A stretch of 64,000 nt of DNA from the human T2T-CHM13v2.0 reference genome, Homo sapiens. The position numbers were made by a program, and so were the translations under genes. Below, piece by piece: positions 16,341 through 30,656 of the stretch. A model generated the notes under the pieces. The model worked only from the letters and a program-made list of their open reading frames with translations. It had not been told where the DNA came from and ran no database searches. Where the stretch lies: assembly GCF_009914755.1 (NCBI RefSeq), contig NC_060927.1; one strand, given 5' to 3'. Position 1 is the stretch's first letter. Each line of letters opens with the position of its first letter.

Positions 16341-18884
16341 GAGGCATTTTAGAGTTATCTAAGAAAAAGACTTGCATTTAAGCTTCTAATTACTCTAGTA
16401 AAAATTCATCTCTGTATTCGCCAAACTGACACTCTGTCTGTTATGCACATGTATTACTGGCATGAGTATTTCGGGATTGTATCCTAGTTTACTTGTTTAA
16501 GCAGTTTCTTTGACTGATATTTGATTAACTGAGTTGATGAGCTGTTTGGATGAATTGATTACATTGATCTGTTATGTTACCAGTGTTGACATAGCTGTCA
16601 CCATCCTAGAGTAGACATGCATAGATTTATATTCCTCTGGTATAAAACTCCTGCAACCATCTTATTTGATGCCATATTAGGTGCGCTGGGAAAGCCTCTA
16701 CGTATTGTTTGTACTGTTGGTTGTTTGCTATTAAATTGATTCTGTAGCCAGGACTGGTATGCTTAGCAATTCTTACTTGGTATTTGTTTTCTTTCCTTCT
16801 TTCCTTCCCTTCCCTTGTCTGTCGAAGATGAGATTGACCTCTAGACCACATCTTCCTCACAGTATCTTTATTAGTAGAGTTGCGGAATGTGCCTGTCAAA
16901 TGTTAAATAAGTGTTCCTTGTTGTGATTTCCTTGGCAAATGTTTGTGTCTGGAAATTTTGCTTGCAGTGTACAAAGAAACCTTGTAGTCTTGAGAAAAAC
17001 AGAAAATAAGCATGTCCATGTTTGCCATTGCCTTGGGGTAGACAGAAATTCTGGAGTGTATCCAGAGGAAAACATTTATGCCATTGATCCAATTTATTCA
17101 CCCAAGTTCACTGAAGGGTGTCATACCATAAGTTGGCTTTAAAAGTTGGTGAATAAGATATTCTGTTAAAAACTAGTATTTGGGTTTCTAAAGTAAAGTG
17201 AAGAAAACCAAATGAGTCAGGTTCCAGGGCTTCAGAGTTTATGTACCCAGCGAGACTGGAGACTGAATATAAGCATGAGAGGAAATGTTTTCTTAGCATG
17301 TCTCATTGAAACAAATCAACACTCAAGGTTGTTTTTAGAGGCACAATTCAATAATTTTGTAAAAATATTTTACTTAAAAATTTTTTCTTTTTTGTTACCT
17401 GGAACGTCCTTTTTCTTATATTCTATCATTCCCTTCAAAATTTAACTGTTCCAGTACTCTGCTTTTATGAACCTCATTTGAAGGGAAGAGGAGCAGAAAT
17501 CACACTTACCTCACGGGAATGCTACGGTGGAAAAGAAAATATATACAAAGTATTGTGGCAAGAACATAGTAGGTAATCAAAAGTATTATTTCTTTTCTAT
17601 TTGTTCAACCCTTTCATAGTTAATTGATTCAGTGACAAATTACTCTTGACAAATGATCCCTAGACTGGGAATAAGAAATCCTTAGCTTTGTTCCAAGCTA
17701 GTGGCGGTGCTCGAACTTAAACTCAGACCTTTCTACACTTCATTCAAAGGTTATCCATACCACTTAGCTTCTCATTCATTCAATCAATATTTACTGAGTT
17801 TAAATCTGGTTTAAATCACCCCTACTACATCCATGAACTCAACTTGTAGAAGCATAGATAATTGGAACCCTCCCACTGTTCTTCTGAGCACTGGGGAGTT
17901 AGATCGCTTTGCCTTCTATTGGATATAAACATTCATAGCACTCCTTCAAAAGCCACAGTTGACTGGGGCCAGACAACTGAGTCTGATCAATTCTGGATTG
18001 TTAGGATGTATTTTGTTACCCTGTATTTTGGCTATTTTATCTTTAAAATTACATGACTTTGTACTGATATCAAAATAAGCTGCAGTTTGAAAATATTAAA
18101 AGAAGCTTAGAGACATATTTATACTTAAACATCTTATGAGAAATGGGCTAATAAATGTGCTTTTAAAATATAAACATTTGACATTATAATGCACTATCCC
18201 TTTAATTAGCTTGCATACCACTCCAGATTTACTTATAGAAACATTAAAAATTGACTCAATAAATTTTCTAGACAGTGTTGTTAAAATAATTTGTTCTCCA
18301 CGTATTTCTCTCATCTCTCCTTAAAGTTCATATTTTTTAAATCTTTTTATTTGTAACAAATTTTACAATACTCACTATGTTAATAAACTGTGTGCCTTAT
18401 TTGTTTTTCTTCACATCTACTTTCATTTTTAAAAGATCCAATAAAAATAAAAAAAGATTATAGCATTTCCTCAACTGCAACAAGTCTTACAGAAAATAAA
18501 CACATCTCTATATTGTCATCTGCCCGTTAAGTATTTTATTTGTTAGACTCATTCACATTGTGTTAAAGGTTTGTAATAAATAATGAACATTTTTAAACAA
18601 ATAATTTGAAAATTGCTAGGGCTTGCTGTGTGTTTATGAGTAGAAATTCCTTTCTAGCTAATAGGGTGTCATACATTCTCATGGATCAGCAAAGCAGGTG
18701 CTTCCTCATGATTACAGAAAGTTGTACTATGGGGAGTTGCTCTCCCTTTTCTAGGAACATCTCCCAAACTTTAAGGTCACGGCTGCTCCAGACAATGCCC
18801 TGTGTAACCGGTAAATACATTTGAAATTTGCATTATTCAACTTCACATTCTTGGATCAGTTCAATGACAAAACGGGCTGAATGG

Positions 18885-19026
18885 TAAGGTCATGCCATCC
18901 TCAGCACTGTTGGGCATTTAAATGGAAACTGTCACTGTTTCACAAGTGTGATCATCTGTTGTTGGGTGTGAAGTTGTACTAGACATTTCAGGTCCTTCCA
19001 GATTTGAAGTTTACCTGATTCTATGA
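18885..19026 (+). mobile_element. CR1/L3 (or MIR3) 3' end
   Basis: actagacatttcaggtccttccagattt...ctgattctatga tail. Confidence 0.55.
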
Positions 19027-19277
19027 GCTCTACTCTTTTTCATATTTTCTTCTGCTTAACACCCAAAAGGAAAAAGATCCATGCACCAGATATTCAGTTC
19101 ATTCACTGATTCCCCTTAATGATATACTTGTGGTTAAAAACTTTTTATGAGAATATCTAAATATTTTATAAAAATCAATCTTATTTCTCAACTATGCTCT
19201 TCACCCACAGCTTCTTTCCAATGGTAGCGCACATCCTACTTGTATCATGACACTTTCCACTCTCACATCATGATGCA

Positions 19278-19400
19278 TTTATTCATTCATCAATCAACGA
19301 ATATTTATTGAGTACCTACTGTACCAGATACTGTGTTGTGTTGGGTACTAGGAACACTGCAGAGATCAAGAAAGGCAAGAATCCTGTATTATTGAGTTTT
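19278..19400 (-). mobile_element. L2 3' end
   Basis: attcattcatcaatcaacgaatatttattgagtacctactgtaccag. Confidence 0.8.
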
Positions 19401-19424
19401 CTTTTAATCAGATTTTTAGAATGG

Positions 19425-19888
19425 TATACTTAGTGGGCTGAAAGTTGGCCCCAAAGTTATGTATACATCAGAGTCTCTGAAATCTGCTATTATTACTTCA
19501 TATGGCAAAAGTATTAATATTACCTTGTATGGCAAAAGATACAAATAAATTAAGGATCTTAAGAGAAAAAGGTTACCCTGCATTATCCAGATGGACCCTA
19601 AATGCAATCACATGTATCTTGTAAGAGAGGTGGGAAGGCTGAATGCCACGCACGTGGAGAGGATTGTGGCCATAAGCCAAAAATTGTCAACAGTCATCAG
19701 AATCTAGAAGAGGCCAGGAGTGGTTTTCCCATAAAAACCTTCCTGGTTTCCCACTCCAGAGAAAGTGTGGCCCTGCCACCGCTTGATTTTGGACTTCTGA
19801 CCCTCAGAACTATGAGAAAGTAAATTTCTGTTGTTTTAAGACATTCACTTTGGAATAACTCATATGACAGCTCCAGGAAACAAAATAA
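19425..19888 (+). mobile_element. MaLR LTR (MLT1C/D-like)
   Basis: gtgggctgaaagttggccccaaag...gattttggacttctgaccctcagaactatgagaaagtaaatttctgttgttttaag. Confidence 0.85.
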
Positions 19889-19899
19889 TTTAGAAAATC

Positions 19900-20110
19900 A
19901 GGCTTAAGAGCAGGAGACTTGGAATCAAATGCTACGCTCTATAACTTAGAAATGAAGGACAATAACCCAATCAATTAATCTCCCTGGCTCATTTTATTCA
20001 TCTGTAAAATGGGAAAACACAATCTATCTTCCATGTAATTATTGGCTTAAACAATGGTTTGTATTTGCTAAGCCCAGACTAAGGGAAGCATACAATAATG
20101 ATATGCATTA
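19900..20110 (+). mobile_element. MIR
   Basis: ctcattttattcatctgtaaaatggga core. Confidence 0.65.
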
Positions 20111-20371
20111 GAATATGCTAGCTAGTATAGCCATTTTTGAAATGATTTAAAAGATAAAGTTATTTTAGAAGAGTTCTTTAATTGAAAATGTTAAAAAGTC
20201 CTTTTAGCATTATTTTATGGTGATAACTAAATTAATACACGTAAAATATTTTATATATGTGACCTTTGATAGTTAAACAAAAAAAGTGGACAATAAGAAA
20301 AAAAGGGAATAGGTGGTTCTACAAGATCAAATTTTCATTATATTTCACACACATATAGCTGGCTGAAGTAG

Positions 20372-20888
20372 ACACTGATGTTTGCTTACCTCCATTCATT
20401 CCCTTCTCCTTCTTTTCTGAAGTATCCTAGTTATATTCAAATACCCACCCAGTCCACGAGACTCAGAGCTGACCTCAGGTCCTCACATGCAGCTCCAAGT
20501 CTAAACAGCAAAACTCCATCCCCCTAAGAAAGATGTGGCTCAGGAATAGACATGTGCCACAATTTGACCAAGGAAACCATTTGTTCAAGCCTTCTTAGAA
20601 AGTTCTGTTTTGCTTATCTGGAAAAGACTTTAGGTGTATCCTCTTTCTTTCACAAAATTTGAATAAGGAAGAATCCTACAGCTCTGATTCTCTGATATTT
20701 CAGGATAAAGGTGGCAGTTAGGACTGCAGATTAGAGACATGGTTATCATTGACCTGTTGAATTAAATAACACTGAGCCTTACCCTACCTTTGTACTCCCA
20801 GCTAAGTGAGCCAATGAAAAGCTTCATTTTTTAAAAGGACAATTTTTATTCATCTTTTCTGTTACTTAACGCATATCCTAAGTGACAG
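20372..20888 (+). mobile_element. Old ERVL-type LTR (LTR16/LTR33-like)
   Basis: Ends ttttctgttacttaacgcatatcctaagtgaca; internal ggctcaggaatagacatgtg. Confidence 0.5.
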
Positions 20889-20890
20889 AC

Positions 20891-21237
20891 TGATGATGTT
20901 TGGCTCTGTGTCCCCACCCAAATCTCATCTTGGATTGTAATCCCCACGTGTCGACAGTGGGATCTCGTGGGAGATGAATGGATCTTGGATCTTGGGGCAG
21001 TTCCCCCATGCTGTTTTTGGGATAGTGAGTGAGTTCTCACGACATCTGGTGGTTTAAAAGTGTGGTACTTCCCCCTTGTGAAGAAGGTGCTTGCTTCTCC
21101 TTCACCTTCCACCATGATAGTAAGTTTCCTGAAGCTTTCCCAGTCATGTAGAATGGTGAGTCAATTGAATCTCTTTTCTTTATAAATTACCCAGTCTCAG
21201 GTAGTTCTTTATAACAGTGTGGAAATTGACTAATACA
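20891..21237 (+). mobile_element. THE1D/MSTA solo LTR (MaLR)
   Basis: tgatgatgtttggctctgtgtccccacccaaatctcatc...ataaattacccagtctcaggtagttctttata...gactaataca. Confidence 0.9.
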
Positions 21238-22754
21238 TACACTGACCTAGCAAGTGCTAGGAACAGCTCTAGCCCTAAATAAACTCACTTGTTTATTGGT
21301 ATACAGTCATGACCCTAAATAAACACACATTCATCGACATTTAGTTATTATTTAAATTCAAATCTACTAAAGGTAGTATCATATGTGAGAATCAATCAAA
21401 AACCGAGAGATGTTCAACAGCTAAGAAGGAAAGAAAAAAACTAGTGAGGCTATGTATAGTTTGCTTACTTTTTTTTTTAAGTTGGAGAAAAGCAGCAAAA
21501 ATAAATATAGTTCTTAGTACCAAATAGGTACTATGCAAGTATGTAGCAAATGGCTCACGATCCTTCCATTGTAAAATTTGCTTAGGATGAGTTTTCCCTC
21601 CAGAAAATTGTTATGAGAACATATGTTGCCTCCAAAATTCTCCAGTTGGACAATGTTCCCTGCTGAAATACTCATAGTCTTCTCAGGAATGTGGTAAACA
21701 CATGTGATTCACAGGGTGGATCAAAGTGATACTACTTAAAAAAAAAAAAACTAAACCAAATACGTATGTTCACTAAGGATAAAGGCACAAATAATAAATC
21801 TTAGCATATGTTCTAATAGAAAATAGCTTTAAAAATGGAGAAAGAGGCATGTAGCCTAAAAGAGGGAAGATTTTATATTTACTTGAAAAGGTTCTTGGTA
21901 AACCAGAAATTATACTTGGAACTGTATTGTTATGGGGAAAGATGATACCTTTTACATTCCTCCATTTCATAACTAATGGTGTGTCATTTCCAGAAAAACA
22001 AAAAATATTATTCTAGGCCTACCAATAATTGTCCCTCCAACTAAATGTCTCTGTCAATTTGGGATCCTGAGATTATATTCCATAACCCCTCATTTGTTGT
22101 AGAGGCAAAGTATATTAATATATTCCAAATATGATTTTTAAAAATCATGAAGTGCCTTAATAAGAACACCATTTTGAGTTGAGGTGAGGAGTAAATAGTC
22201 TATAGATGTCTGGGTGCCTATGAAGATCAGACAGGTAAAGAAAATTATGCCCAGCACTTTCACAGTTTATCTACTGTTAGGTACACTGTTACAATAACTT
22301 CTTTTGCAGAACTTTTAATTGCAGATTAGGGAAGCAAATTTTGGGGAAAAAAAGTTATTTTTAGGGCTAATGCTGTTCATTGTTTAGTCTTCTGACTTCA
22401 AAAACTGCTTTGGTCTATAAACAAAAGTTATTAGAAAGAGATATCAAGAGAAAAACATAAATATGGAGGCGCATTAAATCATTTTCGTGTCACTTTTTCG
22501 ATTAAAGTATCATCAAACACTTACTCTGTTCTACTGTTCTCTAGCTCTCTCTTCCCCTCATCTCTTACCCTAAGCAAACTTAGGACATAGATACCTTTAC
22601 ACTTCTGCATATTCAACAAACAAGATATGAAGACTGTGAGAGTGAGGTTGAGACAGTCAGCTGGGTGTGTTTATTTATGGATTCACAAACACTGCCATGG
22701 GATATAACACATTACAGAGACCTAAAAGAAAATTCTCAAATCTCCATCCTAGAA

Positions 22755-23056
22755 CAAAAGTTGCCAAACTTTTTCTGTAAGGAGCCAGATAGATAGTAAG
22801 CACGTTAGACTTGCACACAGCCTCTATCACAGCTACTCAACTCTACTATTGTAGCCAAAAAGAAACCATAGTATGTAAACGAAGGAGCACAGCTGTGTTC
22901 TCATAAAACTTTACTTATAGACACTAAGATTTGAATTTTATATACATTTTACCTATATAAAATATTATTTTTATTTTCTATTTTGGCCATTAAACAAATG
23001 TAAAAAACATTCTCGGCTCACAATGTACAAAAATATAAGGTAGTTTGCAGACACTG
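22755..23056 (+). mobile_element. MER58B (hAT-Charlie)
   Basis: caaactttttctgtaaggagccagatag...cagctactcaactct...gtagtttgcagacactg. Confidence 0.8.
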
Positions 23057-23469
23057 CCGTAGACCCACCCCAACTTAAATATCTTAGAATGGTGAGAACC
23101 GGGAATAATCATTTGGCTTATTCCACTCTTCTTCTCTTCCCTCCTTGAGCTGATCCTGTCACCTCCATATGTCACAATATGAGAAATTTTTAAGGAGAAA
23201 CATGAAACTTGTTTGAAATGCACTTTCTGATGGCTTCATAAAAGGGCTGTAAAAAATTCAAGGTATGTATCCTTAAAGCTCTTTAAAGTATAAATTTTTT
23301 CATATGATGCTAGCATTGGAGTGACAGAAACAAAGCTAAGTGAAATTTTTTTTATATGTCATTGCCAAATTTCTCTCTACAGGCCTCCCTCCTTCTTTCA
23401 GACTCTAATTCAGAGAAATCTATTCTAGCAGTTGAAAGCCTTTGACTTCTTTCAGTCATCAGTCCATGT

Positions 23470-24196
<727 letters not shown>

Positions 24197-25749
24197 TTTC
24201 ATACTTCTCTCAGGGTTTGTGGAGCCTATGGGCCTACATTATCCCTTTTATTTCAAAGCATTTAGATCTTCATAACTGCACATTAAGAGTAGCAATCTTA
24301 ATGGCATGATTATGAAGATTAACAATGAATTCCCAGAGTAACACAGAAGAACAGTGTTTAGAAGAACAGGTATTGTTACAAAATTGGTTTGTGTTGGCTC
24401 TCATCATTTTGGTAATATGGAAAATTCAAGAAGATTGCCTGGGGAGACAATGCAGGTGATAAGCATGAGTAAAATGCTATTGAGAAGCTCAAATATGTAA
24501 GGGAAAGTTTTCAAGACAGGTACTTGGAGGATCTGGGAGATAAGTATAGTTATGTATGGTATATATGCTAAAAACAAAGGTGATGGTCAGTCAGAATCTT
24601 GTTTGTGAACAGCTTCCAGAACTTCTCATAATGAATTTAGATGCGAATCAACAATGAAGAGGCCAGCCTTCCTGTTTGAGTGTTTTTAATTCAGCTATAA
24701 GACCTTTTTGCCTAGAATATCACACCGACACTCTAAGGCACTAGGAAGAAAATTCCCAACAGCCACTAAAAAACAATAGGGGCTTTGAGTGTCAATTGTC
24801 AAAGTGATGGAAAAGAGAAGTTCTGGAAGGTCACGGTTTTTTATGTTTAAAGGATAGCAAACTGGCCTTATCCATCTATGATGCTCAAATGAGCCCTAGC
24901 TAGAAACCCTGTTAATAATATGATCACAACCCTGTCTCTTCAAATCTAAGATGCCATCTATTGTAAGTTACATGCTAACTTATATATCATCCAGTAACTA
25001 TAATTATAAAATATCACCAATTTTAATAGGTGTCTTGATTTCAGAGATGTTAAAGTGTGAGAAAAGATGCTTCTTAGAGGTGATATAACTTGCTCATAAT
25101 AATAACACCACAAACTAAACAATAACCATGGGAACATATAAAACATTTTTCATATTTTTTCTGTCGATGCTTACAGCAGTCTATGAAGTACTTTCTATTA
25201 TTACAATTCACATTGGATGAATGAGGCAACTGTGGCTAAAAAGATAAAAATATTTTTAATAATAATTAAAGATTATTAGAAGATAATCTTTGATTAACAT
25301 AATTAACGATTATCAAATGGCTATAAATGCAAAGTCAAAATTCTGTCCTTGGTCTTTCTAACTCCAAGCCTTAATCATTAAGCCCTATGGCCTTTTCTGA
25401 AAACTAGTCACTTCCATTTTTTTGGTATCATTTTTTTAGTATCATCACATAATTTTTAACAACCAGTTAATCAACCAACCACATTTTAAAATCTCATATT
25501 ATGAAATTCTCAGGAGTAGCTAGCTAAGTGAAACACCAGCCACAAAAATGGTTTTGACTTCACAGTCCAAAAGCTCATCATCTGTTACAAATTCATCATA
25601 AAAGATGACTAAACCAGTATAGCCAGTCTTTGGCGCCTAGCTTCTTCTCTAAAATCTCTCACTTTCCTAAACTATGTCCAGTTCCAAGGTACAATTAAAA
25701 GCCAATTGATGTAATTAAATAGCTCCCAAGAAAAACTCAAATAGCAGAA

Positions 25750-26110
25750 ACTCTATTAGGCAAGAGAGGCTAGCTTTTTCTATGATAACTAAGAGGCCGA
25801 CAATTTCAGTTGCTTACAAGAGTAAAGATGTATTTCTTGCCCCACACAATGATCTTTATGGGTCAGCTCTGACTCCAGACCGCATCACTTTGCCTTCACT
25901 TTAAGACTCAGCTGACAGAACAGCCATTATTTGGAACATTTCCCAGATGCTGTAGCAGTGGAAAAAGTGATCCCTGGAGAGTCACATACCAGCAATCAAA
26001 TGCCTGACCTGCACTTGACCCTCATTACTCCCACATGTATTACTGGCCAGAACTGATCTCCAGGTCTCCCTCTACTGGAGGGGTCAGAAATTGCCTCCCA
26101 CTGTGCACCT
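25750..26110 (-). mobile_element. Old MLT1-family LTR
   Basis: tttcagttgcttacaagagtaaagatgtatttcttgc...actggccagaact. Confidence 0.55.
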
Positions 26111-27344
26111 AAAGACCGAGAGCGCACAGCCTTACACCGGACTGCAAATCTCTCTCAATTATGTTCAGATAAACATGTTGTTTGATGCTTGTGCCTATAC
26201 TGCTTTATATTTAGGTAATTATTTTTCAACGTTTTTGGGTGTGAGGACCCTGTTATAAGTGGAAAAAAGAAGAATGTGATAACCTCTTTTGATAATAATT
26301 TGCTTTTTATACGCATATTTTTGAGAAGGTACAGATAATCAAAAGCCTAAATAAATTCAATGATGTTTTAAACTGAATTTGTATTTCAGTGACAACAGAG
26401 GGTATACATGCATTCAAAAGTAGTACGTAAGTATTACACATGCAAGACATGGGGTAAGATGTGGCTCACTTAACCCTCACAGAAACAAACAATTAAGACA
26501 AATTCAGACTTCAAAGACCTAAAATTAAAACAGAATAGAGAAGAGCTGCAGGCAAGTGGTATCACTTTTACTTTTCTACCCCTCAGAGGGCTTTGTAAGG
26601 GATATAACCGTTCTTTTAAAGATAGCATGCTTCCTATTCCCTGATATCTTCATATCGACATTGCACTCCTTCCTTTTGTCTAGTTGAATAGTGCTCAACC
26701 TTTAGCAAACACAAGAATAACGGTATGCCCAATACTAAAGATTTTGTGCTTTATGGGCAACTGGGAATTTTCAAGAAAAGTTTTGTTTTTATCCAACGTT
26801 GGCATATGAATGCATTTGGGATTTGGCGACCCATAAGCTGGAAACCGTTGCTTCGGTATTAAAACTCTTAGCAAATGACACTCTTCAGTATTTGGTGATG
26901 TTTCCATCCAGTTCTAATACTCTACCATTATTTATTTATACATTTGCTTTTGGAATGTGGTTGGACCGCACTTTTTTTCATTCATTCAAAAAAGTTTGAT
27001 AAATTACCCCCTTATGTCAATCACTACATATACATATTATATTGGAAATGCTGAGAGGAGATCAATCATCCCTGGCTTCAAAGAGTTTGCTGTCTAAAAG
27101 AAACCAAGAGTTGAATAAATGTCTATGACTGAGACCTGCTCAGGATAAACTGAAGGCACAGGTAGTGGACATGTATCCAATCTGGGTTGGTCAATTTAGC
27201 TTCCCTGATAAACTGAGGCTCCTGGTGAATATGAATGTGAAAGAAGAATTAGACATATAGATGGTAAGAGACTGTTAGCAAGTTTCATGAGAAAAGAATC
27301 GTCAAAGGCAATGAAGCAAGGACATTCAGAGCAATGATGGCACC

Positions 27345-28400
27345 TACTATGTATATTACTCTGCAGCTTGTGTTTTTTACTAAACTGCATATCGTGGGCA
27401 TCCCTACAGACCAGTGATAACAGACGTAACTCATTCTCTTTAATAGCTTCATAGTAATACCAAAAATAGATGCACATTATTTATTCAATTATTCCTGCAC
27501 TGATGGGTGTTCAGATTACTTCCAAGGTTTTTCTACTACAGTGTTGCTATAAATATCCATTTATGTATAATTGTAAGCTGAGATCCTTTGAATTCTCCTG
27601 AGATCAATTCCCAGAATTGACATTGTTGAATTAAAGAACATTTCATTTTAAAAAAAGTCAGACTACTGTATTAATTTATCTTCCCACTGAGCATTCTAGG
27701 TTACAAGTCGTAAGTTTTGCTAATTTTATGAGCACAATGATAATAGCTCTTCGTTTTAATTGTATTATCCTGACCACTGATAAGGCTGAAAATTTTCCAT
27801 TTTTGTGAATAGCCTGTTTATGTCCATTCAATCGCTTCCATTTTATTTTTCTTGTCATTTTTAGGGGTTCTTTGGAATACTTAAGTTATTAAACACAAGT
27901 ATAAGTATGCATAATTCTTCCAAATTACACACACTTTTCATTTTGCTTAAATTTTTACTTAATTTAGGAAGACCTTGACTTTATTGGTTTAATTTTTGAT
28001 GTATTTTGTTATAACATTTTTTAAGTTTGTAAATTCGCAATTCATACATATTTTTCTGTGCCTTTATACTTTTTTTGTTTCTATTCTTTCTCTAACAAGT
28101 CACGCCTCAGAAATACATACATATATGTATATATACACATATATACATATATATACACACATACACAAACACACATATATAATTGAATCTATATAATTGA
28201 AAATGTATTTGTATAATATATAAAATGGAATATATAATTGAAAATGTATTTGTATAATTTTTATCATTTCTAAAATTTAGATTTTTTGTTAAATTTAAAA
28301 CTATATGTTATTTTAAAGCTGCTTTCTCTTTCAGATGAAAAACCAATGACAGATAACTGGTTATCAATAATAATTCAATATGTAATCTTTTCTCAATGTT
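27345..28400 (-). mobile_element. Diverged L1ME fragment containing a (TA/CA)n tract
   Basis: cattctctttaatagcttcatagtaatacc...; tagcctgtttatgtccatt. Confidence 0.65.
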
Positions 28401-29180
28401 GCAAGTCACCTTGGATTCTGCTCTGCTCTGCTCTGAATCCCAGGCTGATAGAGCAGCTACTCTCTGGAACAATAGAAATGCAATTTAAAATACCTCTCAT
28501 TTTGAATATATGTGCTATTAGGGTTTTGGGAGAAAAAGGAGCAAGATGGGAAGGGAAGGAGAATGAATTTTGGCCTGAGATTTGATTTCTATCAGATCTG
28601 ATTCCTATTGCCTATGTGAATTTCCCCTACCTTGAATCCAGCCGTTATGAATTGAATTTGACTCATATGTGAAAGGCCAGTGATTGGTAATCATGAAAGA
28701 TGACTTCAAGCCCCATTTGGTCGACATAGGCTCTCTAGGGCCATCACAGATACTCATGGCAATGCTTTTAAATATTAACCCTGTAATTAGATCTTTGGGA
28801 TGGTTGTTTACATACTGGTCTGAGGATGTGAATTTATATCCAAATTTCTGTTTTCCAGTTGTAAAACTTTGTAAGTGGAATGAAAGCCTTTTCTTATTTC
28901 ATTCAGTGATGCAGTCAATCCATCACCTTTTGAATGCCACAATGGTAGAGAAGTACAATACTTTCAGCTTTGGTTAATTCTACCTTTGATTTGCTATCAA
29001 ACAGCAGTTAAGCTAATGCAGAAAAATTATTTTGATAAGGACATTTCTAAAAACAGAATTCAAAATAAGATCATTTTGGTCTCTTCCATTTATGTCAAAT
29101 AAATGGTAATCTGCCAGACATGGTTGGCGCACTTCTGAAAATCTATTCTCTTTCAAATTGCACTGCATTACATGCAGAAT

Positions 29181-29241
29181 GCTTGGTCCTTATTTGAAAT
29201 AGTTTAGAGCAAAAGCTTGGTCCTTATTTGAAATAGTTTAG
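29181..29241. repeat. Tandem duplication, period 34, 27-bp identical core
   Basis: gcttggtccttatttgaaatagtttag at 29181 and 29215. Confidence 0.97.
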
Positions 29242-30576
29242 CATAAAAGCTTTTAAGAAGAGATCCTTTAGAAGCTAGAGTTGGCTTTTATTGGAAACTA
29301 TTTATCCTGGAGAGTAGTTCTTAGATAATTGCAAGAGAATGTTCTTGTCTCATTTCAAGTCAAGCTGAACAGGACAATCATTGTGTGGGGCTCTCTGAGC
29401 AGTTAGAAGATAGTATAAAGACACTGAACTTTTGGGTTGGGGAAAAAGGTTTAAGAACCAGCAGGTAGAAGCACTCAGGGGATTAACCGTAGCTCCTTTA
29501 TCACTTTGCTCTTTGTTGGGGGACTTATCATCGGCCTAGTCAAGAAGGTCACCAATGTGACATTAGTGGACCAGGGGAATTATCCTGACCATTTGAATTA
29601 TCCCTGAGGATATGTTTCAGCCTAAGAGAAATGCGAGCCTGTTGTCCACTTTAGAAAAGTGAGCTCAGGAGATACAAAGTCATATTTATCATGCTCTGTA
29701 GCCCAAGCACGTGAGAGGTAGACTCTGATTCAAGGTTGGAACAATTACTAACATCTATTTATATGTTAATCCAACCAAAATGTATTAATATATTGAGCTA
29801 TTAAAATATAGAGGATACTGTACTAGGCACTTCAAGAATACAAAAATGAATAGAACCAAGCAGTTATCAATAGCAGGCATGTATTAAAGTCAGAAGATGA
29901 TAAAGGGGAATAATCAAGTCATTACCAATTTTGAAAAGAAATGAAACCCAGCAGATGGTGAATTCTTAATGAAAGAGTTATTTCAATATGAACTTTGACA
30001 GAAACAATTCAAAGGGTCCCAGGTGGTAGCATGGTATCTTCCAGATGAGGGGAGAACATTTCATTCTTTTATTCTAATCATCAACCACTCCATTCAAAGC
30101 ATCTCATTTCCTGCTGGGGAACAAAGTTGAAACAGACATAGAATGTGCACAAAAGGAACTCTAGTAGGGAGATAAGATACATTCATAAATAAATATAAAA
30201 TAACATAGCAAGTAATGCGTCACACAAAAAGTAGAAAGTCTTGTTCTAGGAATTGTGTTGGAATTTACAAGGATGATATCTGGCAGAGATGGGAGATTTG
30301 GAGATATTTAACATATATTTTACGGGATTTTCACTATCTTATGTAATTTAACCTTAAAACAACCCTGAGAGGTAGACAGTACAGGACAAGTAAGATTTAG
30401 TACATTTGTTTTACAAATTAGGAAATTCGTGCCAAGAGAGGAGGGTTTTTGTTATTATTTTTTATTGTGGTTTTGTTTCATTCTTCAAAATACAATATCA
30501 TAAGAGTGTTTTTATTAAAGGAAATTTATCCTCAATTGAGAACAGAGGATCACTGGCTTTATTCTAGCTTACCAGC

Positions 30577-30656
30577 TGATTAGACATTATAGATGGTGCT
30601 TTCTTGGGGATTTTGATGATTAGACATTATAGATGGTGCTTTCTTGGGGATTTTGA
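30577..30656. repeat. Perfect 40-bp tandem duplication
   Basis: tgattagacattatagatggtgctttcttggggattttga x2. Confidence 0.98.

Noticed and set aside
16939-17142. 67-aa ORF overlapping a possible acceptor (ttgcttgcag)
   Set aside because: No convincing donor and no recognisable protein
17500-17515. Minus-strand donor GAG/gtaagt
   Set aside because: Lies in what looks like a MIR remnant (cttacctcac...), and no acceptor or frame supports it
28286-28585. 99-aa ORF with acceptor ttctctttcag
   Set aside because: Non-ATG start; overlaps antisense L1ME debris
29181-30656. Direct repeats of 27-40 bp as a CRISPR-like array
   Set aside because: Only two copies each, unrelated units, no spacers, mammalian context
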